DNA of 64,000 bases from Parcubacteria group bacterium CG10_big_fil_rev_8_21_14_0_10_36_14 (GTDB taxonomy: Bacteria > Patescibacteriota > Patescibacteriia > GCA-002772895): positions 6,728 to 70,727 of the forward strand of contig PFCS01000050.1 of NCBI GenBank assembly GCA_002772895.1, given 5' to 3'. Positions 1-9,969 of this stretch are shown here, piece after piece; the first letter of the stretch is position 1; every line of letters starts with the position of its first letter. Below the pieces are notes generated by a model, which was not told the DNA's origin, made no database searches, and saw only the letters and a list, made by a program, of their open reading frames with translations. A program made the position numbers and the translations under genes.

Positions 1-1329
1 CAGCTTATCAATCTCATCTAAGTCAAAAACTGGATTATTAACGCCAGCCTCAATCATTGCCTTTACAATCCGTCCGGCCATTGTGCCAACATAAGTTCGA
101 CGATGCCCACGGATTGCCGCTTCATCACGAATTCCACCCAAACTAATTCTGACAAACTTTCTGCCAATCGCTTCAGCAATGCCCTTGGCAATTGATGTCT
201 TGCCTGTTCCCGGAGGTCCGTCAAAACAGAGAATCATTCCACGCTTTTTAGGATTAAGCTTAAAAATTGCCAAAAATTCGATAACTCGCCGCTTGAGCTT
301 TTCCAAACCATAATGATCTCTATCTAAAATTTCCTTTGCCAATTTTAGATCAATAATATCTTCTGTCTTTTTATTCCAAGGATAATCACAAAGCATAATG
401 ATATAATCACGCGAAACGTTAGCCTCCATCATACCCTTCGGCATTTGACTATAACGTTCAAGTTCGCGCTGGGCAACTTTCTCTACCCCAATAGGCATAT
501 CAGCCAGTTCAATGCGCCGGGCAAGTTCTTCCGTATCATCCTCTTCATCTGCACCGGTCGTTTTCCTCAATTCATCCAAAACCTGCCTTTTTTTCTGCAT
601 TAAATGATACTGTCGTTGGCTTTCAATAATACTGTCTTTAACTTTGCCGTCAATTTTTTCATCTACTTCTAATTCAACGAGAGTATTAGAAAAACACTCG
701 TATATCTTTTCAAGAAGCTTGAGCGCACTAAATTCATTGAATAGTTCTCGCTGTTCTTTTGAACTCAAAATATTTGACTTCACAAGCTCATAAATCATAA
801 TGTCTACCATAGTATGGACGTTACTCGCTTGGCTGACTTCTTTGATAATTTGATTTTCTATTTTTCCTAATCTTACAAGCTTTTCCAAGATTTCCTTACA
901 GTCACGAAGTAGCCGTCCCACCAAAAGCGAATCAACACCATACAAATTGTAATACTCTACGTTTACAAAAAAAGGCGCGACTGAACTGGTGAAGCTTTTA
1001 ATATGTACCTTTCTTTCTGTAATAAAAGCGCACTGATATTTTGACCCTTCTTTTTTACACGACATAAGCTTGACTTTTACGCCCAATCCATCAAAGGTTT
1101 CCAAATTTTTAGTAGGATCTTTTTCATCATAAGTCGGAATTAAGACAAACCTTGTATGAAAATCGCTTAATACATTGTTATTTCCCAAGTCTAAGCCACT
1201 TTTTAATACTGCCTTAAAAGTCGCAATATTCACATTGGTTTCAAAAAATATTGCTCTTTGCAATTGATCCACAGGAATAAAATTGGCATTAATAAAAACA
1301 GCAGGGAAAACAGACTTTTGCTTCGTCAT
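1..1329 (-). CDS. lon: ATP-dependent Lon protease (N-terminal 443 aa; runs off the window edge)
   Basis: Not in the ORF track; translated by hand from ATG 1329 (GAGGTG SD upstream). Contains LDRDHYGLEKLKRRVIEFLA, Walker A GPPGTGKT, SLGGIRDEAAIRGHRRTYVG and Walker B DEIDK. Confidence 0.95.
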   Translation of the reverse strand, partial: MTKQKSVFPAVFINANFIPVDQLQRAIFFETNVNIATFKAVLKSGLDLGNNNVLSDFHTRFVLIPTYDEKDPTKNLETFDGLGVKVKLMSCKKEGSKYQCAFITERKVHIKSFTSSVAPFFVNVEYYNLYGVDSLLVGRLLRDCKEILEKLVRLGKIENQIIKEVSQASNVHTMVDIMIYELVKSNILSSKEQRELFNEFSALKLLEKIYECFSNTLVELEVDEKIDGKVKDSIIESQRQYHLMQKKRQVLDELRKTTGADEEDDTEELARRIELADMPIGVEKVAQRELERYSQMPKGMMEANVSRDYIIMLCDYPWNKKTEDIIDLKLAKEILDRDHYGLEKLKRRVIEFLAIFKLNPKKRGMILCFDGPPGTGKTSIAKGIAEAIGRKFVRISLGGIRDEAAIRGHRRTYVGTMAGRIVKAMIEAGVNNPVFDLDEIDKL

Positions 1330-1413
1330 TTTTCACCTCTTCCATTTTCAAAGAGCGGGGCGTTCCTACTTATATATAAACATATTTTAGCTAAATATGC
1401 AAGATAGTTTCTA

Positions 1414-1422
1414 TGATATAAT
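1414..1422 (+). promoter_or_regulatory. Extended -10 promoter element (TGaTATAAT)
   Basis: Perfect TGnTATAAT in the divergent intergenic region between lon and the HEXXH gene. Confidence 0.6.
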
Positions 1423-1475
1423 AGAAATAAACGAAATGGCGGACAAATACTCTAAAAATAAGCGTTTTTAGCCCT

Positions 1476-1925
1476 ATGGATCGTAATTACTTAAAAAGCA
1501 ATCACATACTAAAAATAGACCTGAATATTTCAAAAAATGCCAGGCTTTTCGTGAATGCTCTTTTAGAGAGCTCAAATGAATTTGATCGGCAAAGATTTGG
1601 CGAAGCGCTTTTAGATGAGTTGTCCGATTTGGCAAAAATTGATATTGTAGAGCTAAAAATTTCTAACACCAAGCAATACCACAAACGTTACCAAAATAAA
1701 ATAGTATCCAAACAATATGGATACTACAAACCAAATGCTAATTATATATTTATATATAACCGCACGGCCGTACAAGGAAAAAACTTGGCGCCAAAAACAT
1801 TTTTAGATACCCTTCTCCATGAATGGCTACATCATTATGATTTCAAAAAATTGGGATTAAACTCAATCCACAGCTCGGGATTTTATAAGCGCCTCGGTCA
1901 TCTCAAAGAAATGCTAGGGATATAA
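1476..1925 (+). CDS. SprT/WLM-like HEXXH zinc metallopeptidase-domain protein
   Basis: TLLHEWLHH followed by a third His (SIHSSGF). The real start may be at 1436 through a frameshift (see findings). Confidence 0.7.
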   Translation: MDRNYLKSNHILKIDLNISKNARLFVNALLESSNEFDRQRFGEALLDELSDLAKIDIVELKISNTKQYHKRYQNKIVSKQYGYYKPNANYIFIYNRTAVQGKNLAPKTFLDTLLHEWLHHYDFKKLGLNSIHSSGFYKRLGHLKEMLGI

Positions 1926-1934
1926 TAATTAGAT

Positions 1935-2846
1935 TTATATTATTATCTTAAACTGCTGGGTTGAAATCTTATTCTCATTCATATCCTCTAATAGTCCTCT
2001 GATTATATATTCTCCTTTTTCTAAATAAAACTTATCAAAACTCCGACGAATATCGTCATAACCCCTTGCAGTCACTTTAAAACTTCTATAAAAAGTATTA
2101 TTTATAAAAATCTTTAACACACCCTGAAACTCACTGCATTGCGGATCACGACGACTAATATGCGCTAAAATACTAGTCTCACCATTTTCAGTCTGGCTAT
2201 AAAAATGCTCAATCCAAATATTATATTTTTTCTCTTCTGCCGTAAGGCTTTCAAGCTCCTTTTTTTCCGAATTTTCTTTTGCTTCTTCAATTTTATCATC
2301 AACCAAGATTGCAGTTTGTTCTATTTTTAAAGTTAATTTTTCATTTGCTTCATCATCCAAATTTTCTATTATTTTTCTTACTTCATCCTTACTTTCTTCT
2401 AATTTGCTTTCAATAATAGACTGAACCGCCTTTGGAGCATTTGCATATGTATCTGCCAAAATCTCTTGCTTTTTTAAAATTGCATCACCCAAATCCTCAG
2501 TCAACTTTGCTGTGTCCCCGCCCTCGCTTTTTAGACTATTTATAAAATTCATCGCATCATAAGAATAGTCATCCCCGGCCTTTAAAGCCTTTTCCACTAA
2601 AGCCATATCTCCTTTTTCAAGCAAAGTTCCGGCTTCGCTTATTTTCTCTCCAATCAACTTTGTCAATTTTTCTACTTTTTCACTTTTTTCCTTAGTTCCC
2701 CAAATATCTATTTTTTCAACTAAAGTATCAAAAAAATATAATGGACTGTCCGGCGTTATGCCAGCATTACTTGCAATTGTCTTTCCGCCATAATATGTTA
2801 CCGAAGCAACTGTTATAATTAAGGCTGCGATTAATAATCGAAACAT
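1935..2846 (-). CDS. Secreted/anchored DUF5667-like protein
   Basis: N-terminal signal/TM segment, AGITPDSPLYF motif, helical middle region, beta-rich C-terminus. Confidence 0.7.
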   Translation of the reverse strand: MFRLLIAALIITVASVTYYGGKTIASNAGITPDSPLYFFDTLVEKIDIWGTKEKSEKVEKLTKLIGEKISEAGTLLEKGDMALVEKALKAGDDYSYDAMNFINSLKSEGGDTAKLTEDLGDAILKKQEILADTYANAPKAVQSIIESKLEESKDEVRKIIENLDDEANEKLTLKIEQTAILVDDKIEEAKENSEKKELESLTAEEKKYNIWIEHFYSQTENGETSILAHISRRDPQCSEFQGVLKIFINNTFYRSFKVTARGYDDIRRSFDKFYLEKGEYIIRGLLEDMNENKISTQQFKIII

Positions 2847-2857
2847 AGCTATGCTAA

Positions 2858-4006
2858 TTAATCATAAATAATAGTTTTATACTCCTCAATCAGTTTTTCC
2901 ACTATTTTTTTCCAATTATATTTTTCTTCTGCAAATTGACGAGCTTTTCCTCCCATTCTTTTTCTTAAATTTTCATCAAAAATAATTTTACGAATTTTTT
3001 CTGCCAAATCTTTTGCATCCCCAGGCTCTGCCAAAAATCCATTTTCTCCATCATTTATAATGGTTCTTACTCCAGAAAGGTTTGATGCGATAAGTGAGAT
3101 TCCAGAAGCTCCTGCTTCCAAAAGAACAATGCCAAAAGCCTCTGCCCTATCTATTGACGGCAGAACAAAAACGTCGGCTAAGCGATAATAATCCGGAAGC
3201 TCTGCATCTACAACTCCGCCAGTAAAAATAACTTTTTGCGCAATACCCAAGCCCTCTGCCATATTTTGATAATCCTGCTTGAGATCTCCTTCACCAACTA
3301 TAATTAATCTTATATTTTCGTTATTAATTTCTTTTATTGATTTTAATAAAATCGCAAGACCCTTAAAGTTGTGTGGTTTATCCAGACCTCCGACAAAAAG
3401 AATGACTTTATCATTATTATCAATATAGTATTTTTTCAAAAGATCTTCATTTTTTTCTTTTGGAAAAAACTTTTGAGTATCAACTCCAAATGGCAATTCA
3501 AAAAATTTTTCTCTTTTACTATGAAAATATTTTTTTATGTCAGAACTTTCTACATAATCAAACGAAGAAACAATTATTTTATTCGCGCGCTTGAGGAGTA
3601 AAGGGATAATAAATTTTTTATATAGCTGAAAAATAACCCCTCTATATCCATTACTCACCAAGTCCATATGATAAGTCAAAACCAATTTTTTCTTAGGATG
3701 AAAAATAGAATAAAACCAAACCGGAAAACTCGCGCCTAAGAATGGTAAATGGAGATGAATAATATCAAAATCTTTCAATTCAAAAATTATCTTCGGGATC
3801 AATGCGGCATTGCCAATGCTTAAGACGGAATTTATCCTCTTTACTTTAAAATCCTCATTAAAATCAGGACTGATATTACTGTAATTGGGCGTAAAAATAG
3901 TTATGCGAGCACCTCCCTTTGCCAGCTCACGTGAAAAACCATAAACAGAGTTCCCTATGCCTCCTCTATACGGCGGAAATGTGCAAACGATTTGAGCAAT
4001 TTTCAT
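2858..4006 (-). CDS. Glycosyltransferase family 4
   Basis: Likely start MKIAQIV (4006); PPYRGG, KG motif and EAFGIVLLEA signature. Confidence 0.92.
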   Translation of the reverse strand: MKIAQIVCTFPPYRGGIGNSVYGFSRELAKGGARITIFTPNYSNISPDFNEDFKVKRINSVLSIGNAALIPKIIFELKDFDIIHLHLPFLGASFPVWFYSIFHPKKKLVLTYHMDLVSNGYRGVIFQLYKKFIIPLLLKRANKIIVSSFDYVESSDIKKYFHSKREKFFELPFGVDTQKFFPKEKNEDLLKKYYIDNNDKVILFVGGLDKPHNFKGLAILLKSIKEINNENIRLIIVGEGDLKQDYQNMAEGLGIAQKVIFTGGVVDAELPDYYRLADVFVLPSIDRAEAFGIVLLEAGASGISLIASNLSGVRTIINDGENGFLAEPGDAKDLAEKIRKIIFDENLRKRMGGKARQFAEEKYNWKKIVEKLIEEYKTIIYD

Positions 4007-4014
4007 ATTTTTTA

Positions 4015-5109
4015 TTATAATATTCTTCGAACCATTCTCCAATATAGAGCAAATATCGGATTAGCGATTTTATTTAAAATCCAATTATCCACATCCTGAA
4101 ATAAAATTTTTCCGACAAAGTATTGGGCAATTTCTTTGTCTGTTGTTTTCCGTAATTTTTGTGTTTGCCTTCTTTTGGCGCAAATTTTTCTCCAATTATT
4201 TGGATACAAAAAATATTCATAAACACGAAGTTTCTCCCGCCAAAAACCGGAAAATAATGAAAAGAAAAATAATCCTACCTCCATAACAATAAACGCCGGA
4301 AAAATTAGAATCAATGTCCAAGCGTTATAATTTTTCAAAACCGTTAGATAACGGTTCCTCTCCATAAAATAATACTTTTTTATTGATTTTGAAAACTCAT
4401 ATTTATGATAAATAGTTGATTCGGGCGCCAAAATATTTTTATATCCTGCCAAGCTTAAGCGCCAGCCCAAATCAGTATCTTCGTGATACATAAAAAACTC
4501 TTCATCAAAATACCCAACTTTTTTCAGCGCTTTCATATTAAAAAGTGTTCCCGCTCCACTTGCATAAGCAATATTTAATTCTTCCTCGCGCGCGTACCAA
4601 TCTAATAAATATTTGTCCGCTTTTTCTTTGCTCCATCCATAGCCATAACAATATCCAAAACCAAGATAGTGTATCGCATTTCCCATTGTATTCATAACAT
4701 TGGGTACAGGAAGTCCTGTGGCATCTTTTGGATATAAATAAATCAACGATTGAACTGAACCTATTTTTTCATCCATTTTTTTAAGCGCATTTTCCAAAAA
4801 ATCAAAATTTACAGCAGTATCCTGATTTAAAAGATATGCATAGTCAAACCCTCTTTCTTCCAAATATTTAAATCCAACATTATTCCCTTCGGCAAAACCA
4901 AGATTTTTATAAGATCGTAAAATAGTCAAATTAGAAAATTGTTTTCCAAACTTTTCTTTTACATAATTCGCGCTCCCATCTGTTGAGGCATTATCAATAA
5001 ATAGAATCAAAAAATTAGGATATTTAACTCGCGATAAAGAAAAAAACAAGTCGTCAAGATATGGGCGACTATTATAGGAAACAATAATTATACCTATCTT
5101 TGGATTCAT
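4015..5109 (-). CDS. Glycosyltransferase family 2 (rhamnosyltransferase-like)
   Basis: IIIVSYN, DNASTDGS, NLGFAEGNN, LLNQD, FFMYHEDTD. Confidence 0.92.
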   Translation of the reverse strand: MNPKIGIIIVSYNSRPYLDDLFFSLSRVKYPNFLILFIDNASTDGSANYVKEKFGKQFSNLTILRSYKNLGFAEGNNVGFKYLEERGFDYAYLLNQDTAVNFDFLENALKKMDEKIGSVQSLIYLYPKDATGLPVPNVMNTMGNAIHYLGFGYCYGYGWSKEKADKYLLDWYAREEELNIAYASGAGTLFNMKALKKVGYFDEEFFMYHEDTDLGWRLSLAGYKNILAPESTIYHKYEFSKSIKKYYFMERNRYLTVLKNYNAWTLILIFPAFIVMEVGLFFFSLFSGFWREKLRVYEYFLYPNNWRKICAKRRQTQKLRKTTDKEIAQYFVGKILFQDVDNWILNKIANPIFALYWRMVRRIL

Positions 5110-5148
5110 AATAAACTTTCGTTTGCTATGCTTATTTTATTAAAAGCG

Positions 5149-5466
5149 CTACTCTTTTTTTGCAAGATTTTCTATTATTTTAGAAATGTCCCTTTCAATC
5201 TTTTCCTGCCTCACGAATAACCTGAATATCATATAAAAAACAAAAATAAGCGAACTATAGACCACAAGATCCGCCCCTCTCCCAATACCCAATTTTTCCG
5301 CCAGAAGACTTGTAATTTGCGGAAGAAGAACGACTGCGCCAACCACCAACCAAAAAATAATCCAAAATAAAAACTCACGCAGACTTATTTTTCGTTCTTT
5401 ATACTTTCGAGCCGTCTGCAAAACTATAAGTACAATAATTATTAATATAACGTACTGAATCAGCAT
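5149..5466 (-). CDS. DUF2304 family small membrane protein
   Basis: Three TM helices, LGIGRGADLVVY, C-terminal coiled coil; directly downstream of a polyprenol-P GT2. Confidence 0.85.
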   Translation of the reverse strand: MLIQYVILIIIVLIVLQTARKYKERKISLREFLFWIIFWLVVGAVVLLPQITSLLAEKLGIGRGADLVVYSSLIFVFYMIFRLFVRQEKIERDISKIIENLAKKE

Positions 5467-5468
5467 AA

Positions 5469-6125
5469 TTATTTAAAAATTAAATCAAATAAGATATGGA
5501 AAGCGCCAGAAAGACGCTGACCTTTGCGTTTTGAATAAATCGTATATTTCACGGTAATAGGAAGCTCTTTATAGCTCAATTTTAATCGAGCAATTTCATG
5601 AACAATCTCTGACGCATGAGCCATCCTATCCTGACGGATTTTAATTTGTTCCGCTGCTTTGCGGTTCATTATACGAAAACCATTATGTGTATCCGTTAAT
5701 CTCAGTCCGGTGATAGCGCGAGTAAAAAGAATTGCGGATTTAAGAATTATTTTTTTAAAAAGAGGTATTCTATTCCCAGATAAAAATCTCGAACCTAAAA
5801 CTACGTCACATTTTCCGTTAATTACCGGGTGGCACAATCTTGAAATTTCTTCTGCTTCAAATTGACCATCGGCGTCGTATGTTACGACAACATCTGCGCC
5901 CTGCTTTAGGGCATAATTTATTCCTGTGCGCAGAGCTGCCCCCTGACCTCTATTTAAAATATGACGCAAAACCTTTACACCCGCAATCTCTGCAATTTTG
6001 CTTGTCTTGTCTTTTGAACCATCATCAACGACTACTATATCTTTATAAAACTTTTGCACGTCTCTAATCGTATCTGCAATAACAGACGCTTCATTATAAG
6101 CCGGAATGATGACAAAAGTTTGCAT
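5469..6125 (-). CDS. Polyprenol-phosphate glycosyltransferase (DPM1-like GT2)
   Basis: Likely start MQTFVIIPAYNE (6125); VDDGSKD, NRGQGAAL, DADGQ, GSRF, DTHNGFR. Confidence 0.92.
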   Translation of the reverse strand: MQTFVIIPAYNEASVIADTIRDVQKFYKDIVVVDDGSKDKTSKIAEIAGVKVLRHILNRGQGAALRTGINYALKQGADVVVTYDADGQFEAEEISRLCHPVINGKCDVVLGSRFLSGNRIPLFKKIILKSAILFTRAITGLRLTDTHNGFRIMNRKAAEQIKIRQDRMAHASEIVHEIARLKLSYKELPITVKYTIYSKRKGQRLSGAFHILFDLIFK

Positions 6126-6132
6126 AGATATT

Positions 6133-7125
6133 CTAAATTCCAAAAAGTTCTTTATGTGCCAATGTGTAATCAACCGTCTTCTTAAGTCCATCTTCAAGGC
6201 GTACTAACGGCAACCACCCTAGCTCTTCTTTTGCTTTTTTAATATCTGGCAAAGCAAGCTCGGTTATAAATGGCAGTTCTTTTTTATAAACTATTTTAGA
6301 ATTTGAACCAGTCAGCTTCATAATTTTTTCTGCGACGCTTACAAGGCTCATATCGACATCAGAACCAATATTTACCGGGCCTATATTACTTTTTGCATCT
6401 ATTAATTTTTCCAAAGCATCAACAACATCGGCAACATAAACCATAGAGGTCTTAAATTTTTCATTTCCATATATTTCTAAGTTTTGATTCTGGGTAGCAG
6501 AAACAATAAAATCAATTATCATTTCTCCATCAAAAAGGCGTTGGCGAGGACCATAAACACGGAAAAGACGAGCAATCTTATAATCGGTTTTATAAACCTG
6601 GTGATATGTTGCTACAATTGTTTCCGCAAAACGCTTTCCTTCATCATAACAAGCGCGAGGAGAAAGATGGTCAACTATGCCTTCGGCATCTTCCAAAACT
6701 TTGCCTGCATTTTTTTCTCTTCCGCCATAAACAACCGATGAAGAAACGTGAACAAATTTTGATTTATATTTCAAAACCATCTCCATTATATTTTTCATTC
6801 CTTTAGCGTTTGCATCGAGTGTACTTATTTTATATTTTTCAAAATTTTTAGCCGATGTCGGACAGGCAAAATTTAAAATAGCGTATAATCCCTTGACATT
6901 AATCTGAAACCTTTGGAGTTCGGTCATTTTTTCTAAATCAAATTCCTGGCTTATGTCATGTTTTATAAACTCAAAATCAGAATTCTGAACCAAATGATTT
7001 ATATTTTTCTCACTGCCGGTAGAAAAATTATCCAAACAGATAACATTATATTTTTTTAGCAATCGTTCACATAAATGCGAACCAACAAATCCGGCTCCGC
7101 CGGCAACAAGCACATTTTTTTTCAT
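6133..7125 (-). CDS. UDP-glucuronate decarboxylase-like SDR (UDP-xylose synthase family)
   Basis: GGAGFVGSHL, ACP, PRACYDEGKRFAET. Confidence 0.85.
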   Translation of the reverse strand: MKKNVLVAGGAGFVGSHLCERLLKKYNVICLDNFSTGSEKNINHLVQNSDFEFIKHDISQEFDLEKMTELQRFQINVKGLYAILNFACPTSAKNFEKYKISTLDANAKGMKNIMEMVLKYKSKFVHVSSSVVYGGREKNAGKVLEDAEGIVDHLSPRACYDEGKRFAETIVATYHQVYKTDYKIARLFRVYGPRQRLFDGEMIIDFIVSATQNQNLEIYGNEKFKTSMVYVADVVDALEKLIDAKSNIGPVNIGSDVDMSLVSVAEKIMKLTGSNSKIVYKKELPFITELALPDIKKAKEELGWLPLVRLEDGLKKTVDYTLAHKELFGI

Positions 7126-7163
7126 AAAAATTATTTTTTTATTAAAAAATTAATTAAATTAAC

Positions 7164-9155
7164 TTATCTTGAAATAATATATGCGTTAAATTTTACTTTA
7201 CTGTCTTTTCCAAGCGGATATAGAGTTGCTGTACGATTGAAATACTTATCCCAAATGGATATTTCACTGCCCGTTCTAGTCAATATTTCATATTCATTAT
7301 CATTATCTCTATCTCCGGAAGAAACAAAGTCCGCACCACTAAATCCGGGAGATAATAAACGTCCATTTAATGTATAGGTCTTAACTATTTTACCATTTGT
7401 TAAAACTATTTCCGCCCATCCGTCATTATTCATATCTGCGACTGCCATACTTTTATTATATACATAAACAAATTCTCCTAAAAGTTCGCCTTTATTATTT
7501 AAAGTTTTTATATTATTTCCGATTGCAACAATTATCTCATCTTTTCCATCTTTGTTCATATCGCCCAAAGCTATTTGCGAAGCTATTCCCGCAATATCTA
7601 TCTCTTTACCCGCTTCTATTCCATTTTGATTATATACTCTTACTCTCTTTCCATTCCTCGCCTCCACTGTAATTATTTTTGATTTTCCATTACCGTCTAA
7701 ATCACCAATTGCCACTTTGACACCATTGCGGTTGTTGGTATCATAAGCGAAAAATTGATATTCCAATTCTCCGGATAAATTGAAAATTCGTATATGTGGA
7801 CCACCGCCTGCGCCTGCGCCGGCTACAATTTCTGTCATTCCATCATTATCAACATCTCCCAATGCCAAATTAACTCCGCCTCTAAAGCTAGGGGCAAAAG
7901 CATAAAATTCTTTTTTAACATCCCCTTTTCCGTCTAAAAGCCAAATTTTTGGCTCATCGCCTGGATTAGAACCTAAAACATACTTTACTTCCTGCTCTTT
8001 ATTTAATTCCATTGAAATCGGCTCATATCCTACAGTCTTTGCCACATTCAGTCTTCCGCTTCCCAAAAGTCCTGCAAAATACGGGTTTGCTCCATCAATA
8101 TTATCCGTGCTATTTATCAAAACTTCTGTTATCTCTTTATTTGTATAATTTGGATGAATGGCTTTGATTAAAACAGCAGCGCCACTTACTTGTGGAACTG
8201 ACATTGATGTGCCGTTTAGCTTTCCACCAAAAAATTTATTAAAATCACTATCTTTTGAACTATAAAATAAAGAACTATAGATATCTGTCGCTGGAGCTGA
8301 CAAGTCTATGCAACTTTTTCCATAATTGGAAAATTCTGCGCGTTTATCGTCTTTATCTACTCCGGCAACTCCCAAAACCCAGTTCTCGCCATTCTCACCG
8401 AAACAAACAGGATAAGATTTTATATTATCCAAATTAGTCCCATGATTATTACCGCTTTCATTTCCTGCCGCAGCCACCAATAAAATACCTTGTTGATAAG
8501 CTTTTTTTATTGTTTCTTCCAAATCTCTGGAATACCCCAGTCCGACAAAACTCATATTTATAATGTCTGCTCCATTTTTCATAGCATATTCTATAGCTCT
8601 TTGCACAATAACCGTATCTGACTCACCCAACTCATCAAAAGCCCGTAAAACCATTATTTTTGCCTTCCAAGCAACACCTGCTCCGGCAAAAGCGTTATTG
8701 CCTTCTGCCGCAATTAGACCGGCAACAGCTGTTCCATGATGAATTGCTATTTCTGTATGCCAATTTTCTAATTTTGGTTCTGGCTCATTATCATTTTCTA
8801 TAAAATCCCAGCCCTTTACGTCATCTATATATCCATTATTATCATCATCTAACCCATTCCCCGAAATTTCATTTGGATTTATCCAGATATTATTTTTCAA
8901 ATCCGGATGATCCATTTGAACCCCGGAGTCAATAACGGCAACAACTATGTCATTACTTCCTTGTGTTTCTATCCAAGCATCTGGAGCGCCAATTTTTTGT
9001 AAATGCCACTGATATTCTACTCCTATATCACTAACTGTTAATCCAGCAAGATAAAATTTTGCAGGAGACTCTTCTGCTTGACAAACGGGCGTAAAAAAAC
9101 CAAATACAAAAATAAATAAATGGACAAAAACTAATTTTTTTGAAAAATTATGCAT
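7164..9155 (-). CDS. Secreted subtilisin-family (S8) serine protease with C-terminal FG-GAP-like repeats
   Basis: Signal peptide; triad motifs VIDSG, HGTAVAG, GTSMS; DDDNNGYIDDVKGWDF; repeated GD(V/L/M)DxDG..EI units. Confidence 0.92.
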   Translation of the reverse strand: MHNFSKKLVFVHLFIFVFGFFTPVCQAEESPAKFYLAGLTVSDIGVEYQWHLQKIGAPDAWIETQGSNDIVVAVIDSGVQMDHPDLKNNIWINPNEISGNGLDDDNNGYIDDVKGWDFIENDNEPEPKLENWHTEIAIHHGTAVAGLIAAEGNNAFAGAGVAWKAKIMVLRAFDELGESDTVIVQRAIEYAMKNGADIINMSFVGLGYSRDLEETIKKAYQQGILLVAAAGNESGNNHGTNLDNIKSYPVCFGENGENWVLGVAGVDKDDKRAEFSNYGKSCIDLSAPATDIYSSLFYSSKDSDFNKFFGGKLNGTSMSVPQVSGAAVLIKAIHPNYTNKEITEVLINSTDNIDGANPYFAGLLGSGRLNVAKTVGYEPISMELNKEQEVKYVLGSNPGDEPKIWLLDGKGDVKKEFYAFAPSFRGGVNLALGDVDNDGMTEIVAGAGAGGGPHIRIFNLSGELEYQFFAYDTNNRNGVKVAIGDLDGNGKSKIITVEARNGKRVRVYNQNGIEAGKEIDIAGIASQIALGDMNKDGKDEIIVAIGNNIKTLNNKGELLGEFVYVYNKSMAVADMNNDGWAEIVLTNGKIVKTYTLNGRLLSPGFSGADFVSSGDRDNDNEYEILTRTGSEISIWDKYFNRTATLYPLGKDSKVKFNAYIISR

Positions 9156-9158
9156 AAA

Positions 9159-9845
9159 CTAGTTCTTAGCTGGCTCAACTTTAATTTCTAGTTCTTTAAT
9201 TAAATTTTGATATCCGGTGTTATTTGGATAAGCTTGAGAAAGCATCTTATAGTACTTAAGGGCTTTTTCATATTCTCCTACACTATTCAAATAACTGGCG
9301 TAGCTATTCACTAAATTGCCTCCACTTACAACAGTTACTAGTCCTTTTTCGTAAACAGCCATAACGTCTTCTTTGCTTTTATTCATATATAAACGATAAA
9401 GGTCAGCCAATGCGATATACAGATTTTGCTCTCCAATATCTTGCTCAAGCGCAATTTTCAAATCATTTTCTGCTTTGTCATACTCTTCCAACTCTATATA
9501 AACGTTGGCTTGATTTAAAAATGGTAAATAAGCCTTTGTTCCCCAACGTTTTATAACTTCATCATAAAGCTTTGCGGAACGCCATAAATATTTTTCATCT
9601 TTCAGCACCTCGCCAATTCCTTTCCAGTTAAACGCCAAACTCATCCAACCGTCATAAAAGGTAGGGTCTTTCTTAACTTCTTTTTCACGTTGGACTATAA
9701 GAGCATAAGCATCCTTCGTCTGGGGATTTTCCGATAAGAACTTTGCTTCTTTTTGTTTTTCGAAATACGAATATCCATAAAATCCACCGACCGTCAAAAG
9801 TATGACAATAATCAAAACTATTAATAAAATTAGTACTTTTTTCAT
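9159..9845 (-). CDS. Membrane-anchored TPR-repeat protein
   Basis: N-terminal TM helix; TPR-like helices (LEEYDKAENDLKIAL, GEYEKALKYY). Confidence 0.75.
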   Translation of the reverse strand: MKKVLILLIVLIIVILLTVGGFYGYSYFEKQKEAKFLSENPQTKDAYALIVQREKEVKKDPTFYDGWMSLAFNWKGIGEVLKDEKYLWRSAKLYDEVIKRWGTKAYLPFLNQANVYIELEEYDKAENDLKIALEQDIGEQNLYIALADLYRLYMNKSKEDVMAVYEKGLVTVVSGGNLVNSYASYLNSVGEYEKALKYYKMLSQAYPNNTGYQNLIKELEIKVEPAKN

Positions 9846-9969
9846 AAAAATTTATAAAATTGCCTCTACCGCAAATTTATTATTTACGATTATCGGCTAT
9901 CTTTATGTTACTATTGATTTTTTATTTAAAATAAGCTATTCTAAATAAAGAATATCTATTCATTAGAGT

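Noticed and set aside
7300-8000. Repetitive sequence in the S8 gene as a DNA repeat or CRISPR array
   Set aside because: The repeats are degenerate protein-level FG-GAP-like units, with no repeat-spacer structure and no cas genes.
9866-9872. GCGGTAG (ops/JUMPstart-like core) on the minus strand upstream of the leftward operon
   Set aside because: Only a 7-nt match without the rest of the ops consensus, and no rfaH-like gene is in view. Compatible with chance.
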